From Candidatus Kapaibacterium sp. (lineage in GTDB: Bacteria > Bacteroidota > Ignavibacteria > Kapaibacteriales > UBA2268): a stretch of 64,000 bases of DNA. Under the pieces are notes generated by a model. That model had not been told where the DNA came from. It ran no database searches and was given only the letters and a program-made list of their open reading frames with translations. Each line of letters opens with the position of its first letter. Position 1 is the first letter of the stretch. Both the position numbers and the translations under genes were made by a program. Below, piece by piece: positions 52,220-60,028 of the stretch. The stretch spans positions 4,352,001 to 4,416,000 of the forward strand of contig OY762428.1 in the NCBI GenBank assembly GCA_963665665.1, written 5' to 3'.

Positions 52220-53266
52220 TTAAATCACAGTAGCCGAAATAACCGCATTAGGTTCATGTATAGTAGGCAGGGATTTCTGCTCCACTTTCCAGTCCAAAGC
52301 TGTTTTGTCGTCGTTAGTATTTGTTTCCACCAGTAGTTCATTCTGGTAAATTTTCAGGTTGCCGTTTTCAATCCTGTAAATAGGCCCGAAATGAACTTTG
52401 AAGCCCTGTGACTTACTTGCCACCATGATAGCCTTCTTCGGATCAATCATATTGGTTGTAACATCATCGGCATCTGTGTACTGCTGGTTATACTCGAAAA
52501 TATCTACACCCATTATCCTGCCGATATAAATACCGGAACGGGTATTCGACTGTGTCATATCAAGCACGCCGATACGGTTGTTGTTGGTATCCAGTTCCTT
52601 CTTGATTGAATCATGGGATACAAAAGCATCGGCAGCTTCACTACCAAGAATCATGATATCTGCATTGACACCGCTTCGCTTCATGATATCCCTTTTCCAT
52701 GCCCTGAGTTTCTTCAAAGGTTTGGCAGTGGCATCGCTCCATTTGTCTGCTGCAGCAAGTGTAACAAGATGAACGCCATCCTCAAACTCGAAGTCAACTG
52801 AGAATTCAATATTATCCTGGCTGACAATAACTTCTCCTGTAGAAATAGCCTCACAAGCCATCTGCTCACGCCTTCGGATAATCCTGTTTTTCAGTTCTTC
52901 CAGTTCCTGAAGGATCATCTGATTAGCAAGCCTTGTTCTTTCCTCCGGGCTTGTCACCCAGATGTTACCAATTGACTTGTAGTTCGCAAGCTCAAGTGCA
53001 GTAAAGAGTTTCTTCTCAAAAGTCCTTGGCAGGGAGATAGTCTTGATTTCCTTACTCAATTTCTTGATCGGTAAAGCCCCTTCATGCTGATTTACGAACT
53101 GTGCCAGTTTGTTTGAGCCGGTGATAATTTCGATGTCTATCTTGTCGGCAGCGTGATACTGCCTGTTTTTGAAGAAAGTATTCAGGACAAAAGGCTCAAT
53201 AACTTTCGACCTGTTAATAGCATTCGTGAGGCTTCGTGCTTCAAACATATCGATCAATGCGCTCAT
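52220..53266 (-). CDS. major capsid protein (lambda gpE-like family)
   Basis: 348 aa; LTNAIN, FVLNTFF, LAQFV, RRREQMACEAI.TG, KWSD. Confidence 0.88.
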   Translation of the reverse strand: MSALIDMFEARSLTNAINRSKVIEPFVLNTFFKNRQYHAADKIDIEIITGSNKLAQFVNQHEGALPIKKLSKEIKTISLPRTFEKKLFTALELANYKSIGNIWVTSPEERTRLANQMILQELEELKNRIIRRREQMACEAISTGEVIVSQDNIEFSVDFEFEDGVHLVTLAAADKWSDATAKPLKKLRAWKRDIMKRSGVNADIMILGSEAADAFVSHDSIKKELDTNNNRIGVLDMTQSNTRSGIYIGRIMGVDIFEYNQQYTDADDVTTNMIDPKKAIMVASKSQGFKVHFGPIYRIENGNLKIYQNELLVETNTNDDKTALDWKVEQKSLPTIHEPNAVISATVI

Positions 53267-53631
53267 GCCAATTCCTCCTTAATTACAATTGTACCGTTGT
53301 TGTAAACCCCTGTAGTAATCTCCCGAGCCGCTGTGAGCGCCGTTTTTTGGAACTCGCCATGTACATACATGAAACCTTTGCCATCGGCATCAGTGGCATC
53401 AACGTTGCAGCCGAGTATGCCGGTAAGGTTCTCCGTGCCGTCCTCTGCTGTGTTGTCCCAGATATAATATTTGCCTGTGCCTGTTTCCTTGCCAAGGCAG
53501 GTTCCCCTTGTCAGGTTCTGACCGGAAGCGATGACAATATTGGTAATCTCCATGTTGGGATGGAGACTTGCAGGTATGTCAACCGAAGGATCCATGTCAG
53601 CAAGTTTCGTAAAACCAAGATCGATTCCCAT
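53263..53631 (-). CDS. head decoration protein (lambda gpD-like)
   Basis: IASGQNLTRGTCLG, DGTE...GIL, YVHGEF; lies directly upstream of the capsid gene. Confidence 0.85.
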   Translation of the reverse strand: MGIDLGFTKLADMDPSVDIPASLHPNMEITNIVIASGQNLTRGTCLGKETGTGKYYIWDNTAEDGTENLTGILGCNVDATDADGKGFMYVHGEFQKTALTAAREITTGVYNNGTIVIKEELA

Positions 53632-53639
53632 TATTTCCT

Positions 53640-54140
53640 CAATTGATAGTTGATAATTGATAGTTGAAAGTTTTTTGATATATTGTCAGATGGAGAAAAG
53701 TACCGTAAAAGATAAAAGTTTCAAGTTTGCTATAGAGATAGTTCATCTTTACAAACTTCTGAAAGAACAAAATGAATATATTCTGTCCAAGCAGTTGCTT
53801 CGCAGTGGTACAAGTATTGGAGCAAATGTTCAGGAAGCCCAGCAGGCTCAATCCAGGCCTGATTTCATTCACAAAATGTCGATAGCTTTGAAGGAAGCTC
53901 AAGAAACTGAATACTGGCTTATGCTTTTCAAAGAATCCGATCTCGTTACATTTGATTTTGATCATTATTTATTTCTCGTTAATGAACTTATAAAAATGCT
54001 AACTGCAATAATTAAAACAACTAAAGCAAACTCGAAATAGTTGAAAGTTGATAATTGAAAGTTGACAGTTATTTCTCCTTAACATTCCACTATCAACTGT
54101 CCACTAACTATCCACTTTCCACTGTCAACTGTCCACTACC
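53640..54140. mobile_element. heptamer-repeat-flanked element carrying a four-helix-bundle gene (filled copy B)
   Basis: Repeat arms at 53640-53672 and 54038-54070 (direct) and 54081-54140 (inverted) around the gene. Confidence 0.75.
53690..54040 (+). CDS. four helix bundle protein (23S rRNA IVS / Avd-related family); likely start ATG 53690
   Basis: KSFKFA, LSKQLLRSGTSIGANVQEA, DFIHKMSIALKEAQETEYWL. Confidence 0.92.
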   Translation: MEKSTVKDKSFKFAIEIVHLYKLLKEQNEYILSKQLLRSGTSIGANVQEAQQAQSRPDFIHKMSIALKEAQETEYWLMLFKESDLVTFDFDHYLFLVNELIKMLTAIIKTTKANSK

Positions 54141-55280
54141 ATAGTATTCATCGATAAATTTATTCTGCTCTTCGAAGCTGTTGTTGTTACCTGCTAATGC
54201 TTTGTCGGCTATTTCTGAAAACTCTACCTGTGTCGGGAATGATTCGATCAGCTTTTTGATTACATCCTCACCTCTGAGAGTTTTCGTAACTCCGTTTTCT
54301 GAGAATTCAAAGCCAATGTCATTACCTCTGGCTGTTTCAAATGCAAGTCGAACAAGGTTCTTCTGTGCAGGCACTAACCGCCCTGTCTGTGAGCTGAAAT
54401 ACTCATTAAATTTCATTTCCCTGTTGTCGTTTTCAAGTGATTCGAGTTTTCTCTGCATCTCCTGATACTCTTTCGACTGGGTCAGGTCAATTTTGTCTTT
54501 GCCTTCATTTGCTTCAACAGGCTTCGGCGGATTTTCATCTTTCCTGATGTGCCTGTCTTTGATTTTTTCAAGCTCCTCAGCTGTCTGGTTGGCAATCTCT
54601 TCGTTGAAGGTCTGACCAAGCCATGTGAGGAGGTCTTCGAATAGTTTTGAATAGTTCTCCGGCATATTGCCTCCCTGGAAATTTATTGGTATTCGATTAA
54701 TTTCTGGATTATGTCCTTCAAAATCTTCGGATTTTGAGGGAGAGAAATATATATTTCTTTTCTTTTCCTTTCTTTTCCTTTGTTCGTTTTTGTTGCCCGT
54801 CTGTTCATCATCCGTTGAACAGGTGTTCGATTCTGTTCGAGCATTCGTTAAATGCTCTTCAAACATCAGTTCAACAAATGCTTCATCACTGTTGAAATTT
54901 GTGTCCTTCAAACCCTTTACTGCCGGAGGAACAGCTCCCAAATATCCAACATGCCTGAGCATCATATCCGGGTACAGGGCGATGGAGACTTTCTTGTACT
55001 TTCCGTCCCTGATAAGCTGCTCGAATTCAGGATCAAGCTGATTGAATTTTGCGAGTAACCTTTCGCCATCACGTTTCAATTGCTCTACCCAGGCGTAAGC
55101 CGGAGAGTTATTTACAGGATGACCAATTACTACGGGAGCTTCATGTTTCTCATCAGGAAGCTGATTGTTGTATTTAGCTGCAATAGTATCAAGGTCTTCT
55201 ATAGTCCAGTCTTTTTCGTTACCGCCAGCGTCGGTGTGCAGTCCAGCTTTAAAGACCTCCTTCCATATAACCTTTGGCAT
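54108..55280 (-). CDS. Mu gpI-like prohead protease/scaffold protein
   Basis: APVVIGHP..NSPAYAWV, YKKVSIAL, LRHVGYLGAVPPAVKGL; possible internal scaffold start (GGAGG...MPEN). Confidence 0.88.
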   Translation of the reverse strand: MPKVIWKEVFKAGLHTDAGGNEKDWTIEDLDTIAAKYNNQLPDEKHEAPVVIGHPVNNSPAYAWVEQLKRDGERLLAKFNQLDPEFEQLIRDGKYKKVSIALYPDMMLRHVGYLGAVPPAVKGLKDTNFNSDEAFVELMFEEHLTNARTESNTCSTDDEQTGNKNEQRKRKEKKRNIYFSPSKSEDFEGHNPEINRIPINFQGGNMPENYSKLFEDLLTWLGQTFNEEIANQTAEELEKIKDRHIRKDENPPKPVEANEGKDKIDLTQSKEYQEMQRKLESLENDNREMKFNEYFSSQTGRLVPAQKNLVRLAFETARGNDIGFEFSENGVTKTLRGEDVIKKLIESFPTQVEFSEIADKALAGNNNSFEEQNKFIDEYYGSGQLTVESG

Positions 55281-55306
55281 TTTTCACCTTTTATAGTTTT
55301 ACCTTT

Positions 55307-55352
55307 GCAAAGCTATTTATGGCGATGGTATCAGGCAATGCACTGAGTGCAG
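55307..55352 (-). promoter_or_regulatory. phage late-promoter motif copy 5 (single half site inside palindrome TGCACTGAGTGCA) in the divergent control region
   Basis: TGAGTG at 55344; minus-strand TAGCTTTGC (perfect TAnnTTTG) beginning at 55315 (29-bp offset). Confidence 0.65.
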
Positions 55353-55478
55353 TCATTAGCTACATTGAGTATTACCCGGTCTTTGATTTGTTTTGCAAAG
55401 GATTCAGCTATTTCTGGAAAATTGATACAGGTTTATAGCTGATTCGGAATAAAAGCAATACAAATTTTGGACGGTTTT

Positions 55479-56180
55479 ATGAACAGGTTAACACCAAAAC
55501 AAATCTACAATGAGCTAAGCGAAGTCTATGATCGGAGCTATGGCAGCAGGATACATGAGCTTGAGGATGAGTATATCTACAGCTACCTTGCTGAGCATGG
55601 CTTTACAAAAGGCAGCCTTCTTGACTTAGGTTCCGGTACAGGTTCGATACTTAATCATTTGGGGATCAGGAAAGAAGATTATACCGGAATTGATGTTTCT
55701 GATAAGATGATTGAGATCAGCCGGAAGAAGTTCCCGGGATATAAGTTTGAAATCGCTACTATGACCAACCTTCCTTACGAGAATGAATCATTCGACAATG
55801 TCATTTCACTATTCGGCAGTTTTTCATACGCATATAAGCCAGGTAAAGCAGTTAAGGAAATGGACAGGGTTTTAAAACCTAAAGGAAAATTCTTGATCAT
55901 GGCTTGCGGAAAGAAGTACAAATACAGGGAATCATATATCCTGAACAAATTCGATATTGAAAGCCCGGCAAGGTTCTTTTCAAGGGATGAGCTTAAGGAT
56001 TTATTCTTTGGATTCACTAATGTAAAAATATTCAGTATGACATGGCTAAGTGAAAAGCTTGCTAAAATACTTCCTTATCGGTTAGCAAGATTATATCACA
56101 ACTTCGAAACAAAATATCTAAGCCGGTTTATACCCGAACAGTTTTACTTCCACATAATAACAGGACAGAAAGATGCCTAA
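55479..56180 (+). CDS. class I SAM-dependent methyltransferase (small-molecule type)
   Basis: LLDLGSGTG, GIDVS..M, LPYENESFD.V, RVLKPKG; ATG at 55479 preferred over the TTG at 55467. Confidence 0.85.
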   Translation: MNRLTPKQIYNELSEVYDRSYGSRIHELEDEYIYSYLAEHGFTKGSLLDLGSGTGSILNHLGIRKEDYTGIDVSDKMIEISRKKFPGYKFEIATMTNLPYENESFDNVISLFGSFSYAYKPGKAVKEMDRVLKPKGKFLIMACGKKYKYRESYILNKFDIESPARFFSRDELKDLFFGFTNVKIFSMTWLSEKLAKILPYRLARLYHNFETKYLSRFIPEQFYFHIITGQKDA

Positions 56181-57318
56181 GCATTATAGAATTGAAAATG
56201 TATTTGATGCAGCTCTGGACAGGATGATCAAGCTGTACGAAGATGGTCACAGGGTTGTTGTGTCCTTCTCAGGTGGTAAGGATTCCGGTATTTGTGTTGA
56301 ACTTGCCATTATTGCCGCAACACTGACTAATAAACTGCCTGTCGAAGTGGTAATGAGGGATGAGGAAATAATGTATCCCGGAACATTTGAATATGCAGAA
56401 AGGATAGCTAATAGACCGGAAGTTAAGTTCTACTGGTATTATGCAAATCAGCCTATTGTGAATATCTTCAACAGACAGAACCCTTATTTCTGGGTTTTCG
56501 ATCCTAAGCTACCACCCGAAAAATGGGTAAGACAACCTCCTGACTTTGCAGTTAAGATACCGGAACAGAGTATTCAGGGACTAATCGGTCAAAACAAATT
56601 CCCAGCGCCTGAAGGTAAAAAGCTAATTGCTGTAATCGGTCTTAGGACAGATGAATCTATGCTAAGGAAAATGGGCTTGATGTCCAGCAAGGGATATGTC
56701 ACCAAAGGTAAAAGTTCTTATGGAACATATAATGCCAGGCCGATTTATGACTGGTCGGACGGGGATGTCTGGAAGGCTATCAGGGATAATAACTGGGATT
56801 ACAACAAAGCCTATGATGTTATGCACAGGTTGGGAATCAGCAGGAATAAGCTTAGGATCGCTCCACCTACATTAGCAGCAGCAGCTATAGATGGAATGGC
56901 TATGGCAGCGAAGGCATGGCCTCAATGGTTTGATAAGGTATGTCAGAGGTTACCCGGGGTAAGGACAGCAAGCATGTTCGGTAGAAGGTCTGTTGAGCCA
57001 ATTCGAAAACTCGGGGAATCATGGAAAGACTGTTTCCACAGAACCTGCATCGATGAAGCTCCGGAGTGGATAGCTGAGAGATCAAGGAAATTAGCCACCT
57101 ATGTTTTGATGAACCACAAAAGGCATTCCACTGAAGCATTTCCGGAAGTTACGAAATGTCCTAAGTGTCAGATGACATCATCTTGGAAGAACCTTGCAAA
57201 GATCATGTATATGGGGGAACCATTCTCCATGAAAGTAAAAGTTGATGTTTTGCCTTATGTAGAACCGGAATATTTCAGGGAAGGTGCAGGAACATGGGGC
57301 GGAAAACCCACCTGGTAG
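56173..57318 (+). CDS. PAPS-reductase-fold PP-loop protein, IbrA-like
   Basis: SFSGGKDS, GLRTDES, PIYDWS..DVW, YN..YD; C-terminal CPKC. Confidence 0.88.
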   Translation: MPKHYRIENVFDAALDRMIKLYEDGHRVVVSFSGGKDSGICVELAIIAATLTNKLPVEVVMRDEEIMYPGTFEYAERIANRPEVKFYWYYANQPIVNIFNRQNPYFWVFDPKLPPEKWVRQPPDFAVKIPEQSIQGLIGQNKFPAPEGKKLIAVIGLRTDESMLRKMGLMSSKGYVTKGKSSYGTYNARPIYDWSDGDVWKAIRDNNWDYNKAYDVMHRLGISRNKLRIAPPTLAAAAIDGMAMAAKAWPQWFDKVCQRLPGVRTASMFGRRSVEPIRKLGESWKDCFHRTCIDEAPEWIAERSRKLATYVLMNHKRHSTEAFPEVTKCPKCQMTSSWKNLAKIMYMGEPFSMKVKVDVLPYVEPEYFREGAGTWGGKPTW

Positions 57319-57411
57319 TTGATAGTTGACAGTTGAAAGTGGACAGTGGACAGTGAGAAGAGAATAAAAGAAGAAATTAACTATCAACTATCAATTATCA
57401 ACTTTCAACTG
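57314..57411. repeat. heptamer-repeat hairpin element (empty copy C)
   Basis: (AGTKGAH)x6 - purine-rich spacer - (AAYTWTC-like)x5; begins at the stop codon of the IbrA-like gene. Confidence 0.88.
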
Positions 57412-57482
57412 AAATTCGGCGTAAATACTTGATAATTATAGATTTACATGCAATAATAAAATAGAGTAACCGTCTTAAATAT

Positions 57483-57770
57483 ATGGAACTTACATCATTT
57501 ATAGAATTCGTTGACAGCCAGAAATGGATATTTGCAAAAACTTATGCAAATAAAGCTCCACATTCTTACTGCTTAAAGAAAAACTGTGAGAATATTGAGC
57601 GCTTCAATCAGGCTGTCCAGTTTATCCGTGACAACGGAGTCAAAGAATTCTTCTATCGCAAAGCATTCATATACTTTTATCATGACGGTTACAAGTACTG
57701 GACTATGGGAGCGCCCATAGCTCAGACAATACTAATTAACCGAACAAATGATTTTAGTAAATATGAGTGA
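57483..57770 (+). CDS. conserved-looking hypothetical phage protein
   Basis: 95 aa; WIFAKTY...PHSY and DGYKYWTMG...LINR, aromatic-rich. Confidence 0.75.
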   Translation: MELTSFIEFVDSQKWIFAKTYANKAPHSYCLKKNCENIERFNQAVQFIRDNGVKEFFYRKAFIYFYHDGYKYWTMGAPIAQTILINRTNDFSKYE

Positions 57771-57775
57771 TTTGA

Positions 57776-58456
57776 ATGAAGACATTTGATGACGGAAAAT
57801 GGCTCTACGGTGATTCCTGGGAACGTTTCCCGATAGAGACTGGTCAAGTATGGCGTGCAGGAAATAACGTCGTCTCGGCAAGGGATTTAACTCATTTGGA
57901 CAGTCTGGACTTTCTCGGCAGGACAAAGTTCGATATGTCCTATATTGACCCTCCCTGGAATACCGGCAATATCAATTCCTTCTACACAAAAGCAGGATTT
58001 TCCGAAAGAAAGCAGTTCAATTCATTTATTGAAAAGCTGATCGTTCTTATCAGGAAACATTCCCCTTATGTGAACTACCTTGAGATGGGCAAACAGAACC
58101 TTGAATACGTAAAGGATCTGATCTACAGGCATAACGGCATAGTTACCAATGTATGGAAGATAAAATACTACCGGAAGCATGACTGCTATCTGATAAGGTA
58201 TTCATTCACCTATCCGGATATGCTTGATTATGATTTTACCGGAATGGATGACGAACTGACTCCCAAGATGGCAATCTTCATGGAAAAAAATGTCGAGAAT
58301 GTTCTCGATCTGTGTACAGGAAGAGGTTTGACTGGAAGGACGGCATTTGCACAGGGAAAACAGTTTTTCGGTATTGAACTGAATAAAAGAAGATTAGCCA
58401 ATCTGATTGATTTCTACAGCAAACAAGGTTTAACCATTAATAAATTGAGAGGATAA
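57776..58456 (+). CDS. beta-class amino (N6A/N4C) DNA methyltransferase-like protein
   Basis: Motif IV DPPW precedes motif I VLDLCTGRG and GIEL. Confidence 0.75.
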   Translation: MKTFDDGKWLYGDSWERFPIETGQVWRAGNNVVSARDLTHLDSLDFLGRTKFDMSYIDPPWNTGNINSFYTKAGFSERKQFNSFIEKLIVLIRKHSPYVNYLEMGKQNLEYVKDLIYRHNGIVTNVWKIKYYRKHDCYLIRYSFTYPDMLDYDFTGMDDELTPKMAIFMEKNVENVLDLCTGRGLTGRTAFAQGKQFFGIELNKRRLANLIDFYSKQGLTINKLRG

Positions 58457-58457
58457 T

Positions 58458-59327
58458 ATGAGCACTTATAACACAACACCCGAAGCTACACAGAAAGCAG
58501 TTTCCGAGAAGATTATCAAAAAAGGTAAAAAGGAAATTGACAAAAAGAATGTAACTCTCGGGGAACTTAAGATTGAATACGTCGAGGTTGATTCCATCAA
58601 GCCTAACAATTACAATCCAAACAGGCAGAGCGAACATGACTTTGAACTGCTACTTAAATCTATGGAAGAGGATGGATTCACACAGCCTATCATTGTCCAG
58701 CAGGACACAAAGATGATCGTCGATGGCGAGCATAGATGGAGGGCTGCTTCTACTCTTGGCTACAAAGAAATTCCTGTGGTATTCGTGAAGATGACACCGG
58801 AACAGATGAGAATTGCAACTCTCAGACATAACAGGGCAAGAGGAAGTGAAGACCTTGAACTGTCTGTACAGGTATTGCGTGACCTTCAGGAACTTGGGGC
58901 TATGGACTGGGCACAGGATTCCCTAATGCTCTCAGATGATGAAATAAACAGGCTGCTTGAAGATATTCCAGTACCGGAAGCATTAGCCAATGAGGAATAT
59001 GATCAGTCCTGGGAACCTACTGAACTATCTGATGAAGATAACAATGTCACTTCTACTGAAGCAAGGCCTGTTGATGGTTATACATACGGCGGTGAAATGG
59101 TGACGGCAGCATCTTCCAAAGCTGTGGATACCATCAAGGAAAGACAGGCACTGATCGAACAAGCCAAGAACGAAGAAGAAAGAGAAATGGCAAAACAGCA
59201 GACGAAGCTGTACAGGGTTTCCCTGATATTTGCCAATGAGGAAGCAGAGATCATCGAAGGAGTTCTGGGTAAGGAACCTGCCGTAAAACTGCTTGAACTT
59301 TGTAAGAAAGAACTGGGTACTGAATAA
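58458..59327 (+). CDS. ParB/Srx-domain protein, IbrB-like
   Basis: NNYNPN, DGFTQPI, IVDGEHRW, RIATLRHNRARG. Confidence 0.88.
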   Translation: MSTYNTTPEATQKAVSEKIIKKGKKEIDKKNVTLGELKIEYVEVDSIKPNNYNPNRQSEHDFELLLKSMEEDGFTQPIIVQQDTKMIVDGEHRWRAASTLGYKEIPVVFVKMTPEQMRIATLRHNRARGSEDLELSVQVLRDLQELGAMDWAQDSLMLSDDEINRLLEDIPVPEALANEEYDQSWEPTELSDEDNNVTSTEARPVDGYTYGGEMVTAASSKAVDTIKERQALIEQAKNEEEREMAKQQTKLYRVSLIFANEEAEIIEGVLGKEPAVKLLELCKKELGTE

Positions 59328-60028
59328 TGACCGAAGCTTGGGAAAGGCTACCGGGCGAAACCAACAAAGCTTTTAATGCTTTCTGTATTTATCGTGATCT
59401 TCGTCAGAACAGGAGTTTTACCAAAGTCCAGATTCAGCTTGGCAAAAAGAGCAAGTCATACATTGCTCACTGGTCCAAGAAGTATAACTGGATTGAACGG
59501 GTCAAGGCTTTTGATGATGATGAAGACCGAAAGAACAGGATAAAACAGCAGGAGAGCATTCAGAAGATGAACGAGAGGCAAGCCCAGCAGGCAGAGACAT
59601 TTCAGAGGATATTGTTTCTGCCTGTTACTGCTATTTCCGCAAGGCTGAAGAAAGACAGGGATAATAAAACACCTGCAATCGAAGACTTAAATCAGCTTGA
59701 TACTATTCAGCTTATTGAGATGATAGGACAGATGAGCAGGAATTATGGTAATCTGGTCAATATAGAAAGAATTGCCCGTGGAGCTCCGACCGAGATCGGC
59801 AAAAGCGAGAATACAATAATAGTTCCAAACAACATTGCAAAATACGGGGAGATGGTAGCTAATGACGAAAAAGCTACAGAGAAGCTTACTGAATACCTCT
59901 CTTGCCTTGGAGACCCACGCGTGGGAGACCCTCAAAACGGCAAGCCCGGCAACGATGGCGATGCACCTGTCGGACGGGAAGTATCTGATAGCTCCTCACA
60001 TAAACATACTGAACAAGAAACTACTTGA
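59327..60028 (+). CDS. putative terminase small subunit
   Basis: WERLPGE..KAF.AF..YRD, WSKKYNWIER..A.D HTH-like N-terminus; directly upstream of the large subunit. Confidence 0.75.
   Translation: MTEAWERLPGETNKAFNAFCIYRDLRQNRSFTKVQIQLGKKSKSYIAHWSKKYNWIERVKAFDDDEDRKNRIKQQESIQKMNERQAQQAETFQRILFLPVTAISARLKKDRDNKTPAIEDLNQLDTIQLIEMIGQMSRNYGNLVNIERIARGAPTEIGKSENTIIVPNNIAKYGEMVANDEKATEKLTEYLSCLGDPRVGDPQNGKPGNDGDAPVGREVSDSSSHKHTEQETT

Noticed and set aside
53639-53965. 108-aa minus-strand ORF and the 53657 start of the four-helix-bundle gene
   Set aside because: Antisense shadow and repeat-derived sequence; ATG 53690 fits the family length.
43281-54140. Diversity-generating retroelement suggested by the Avd-related four-helix-bundle gene and the fibre genes
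   Set aside because: No reverse transcriptase and no template/variable repeat pair differing at adenines was seen in the window.
56173-57318. Sulfate-assimilation CysH or a canonical Dnd/Ssp phosphorothioation operon
   Set aside because: No CysH C-terminal ECGLH-type motif and no dndA/B/D/E or ssp partners; the IbrB-like neighbour points to the IbrA subfamily.
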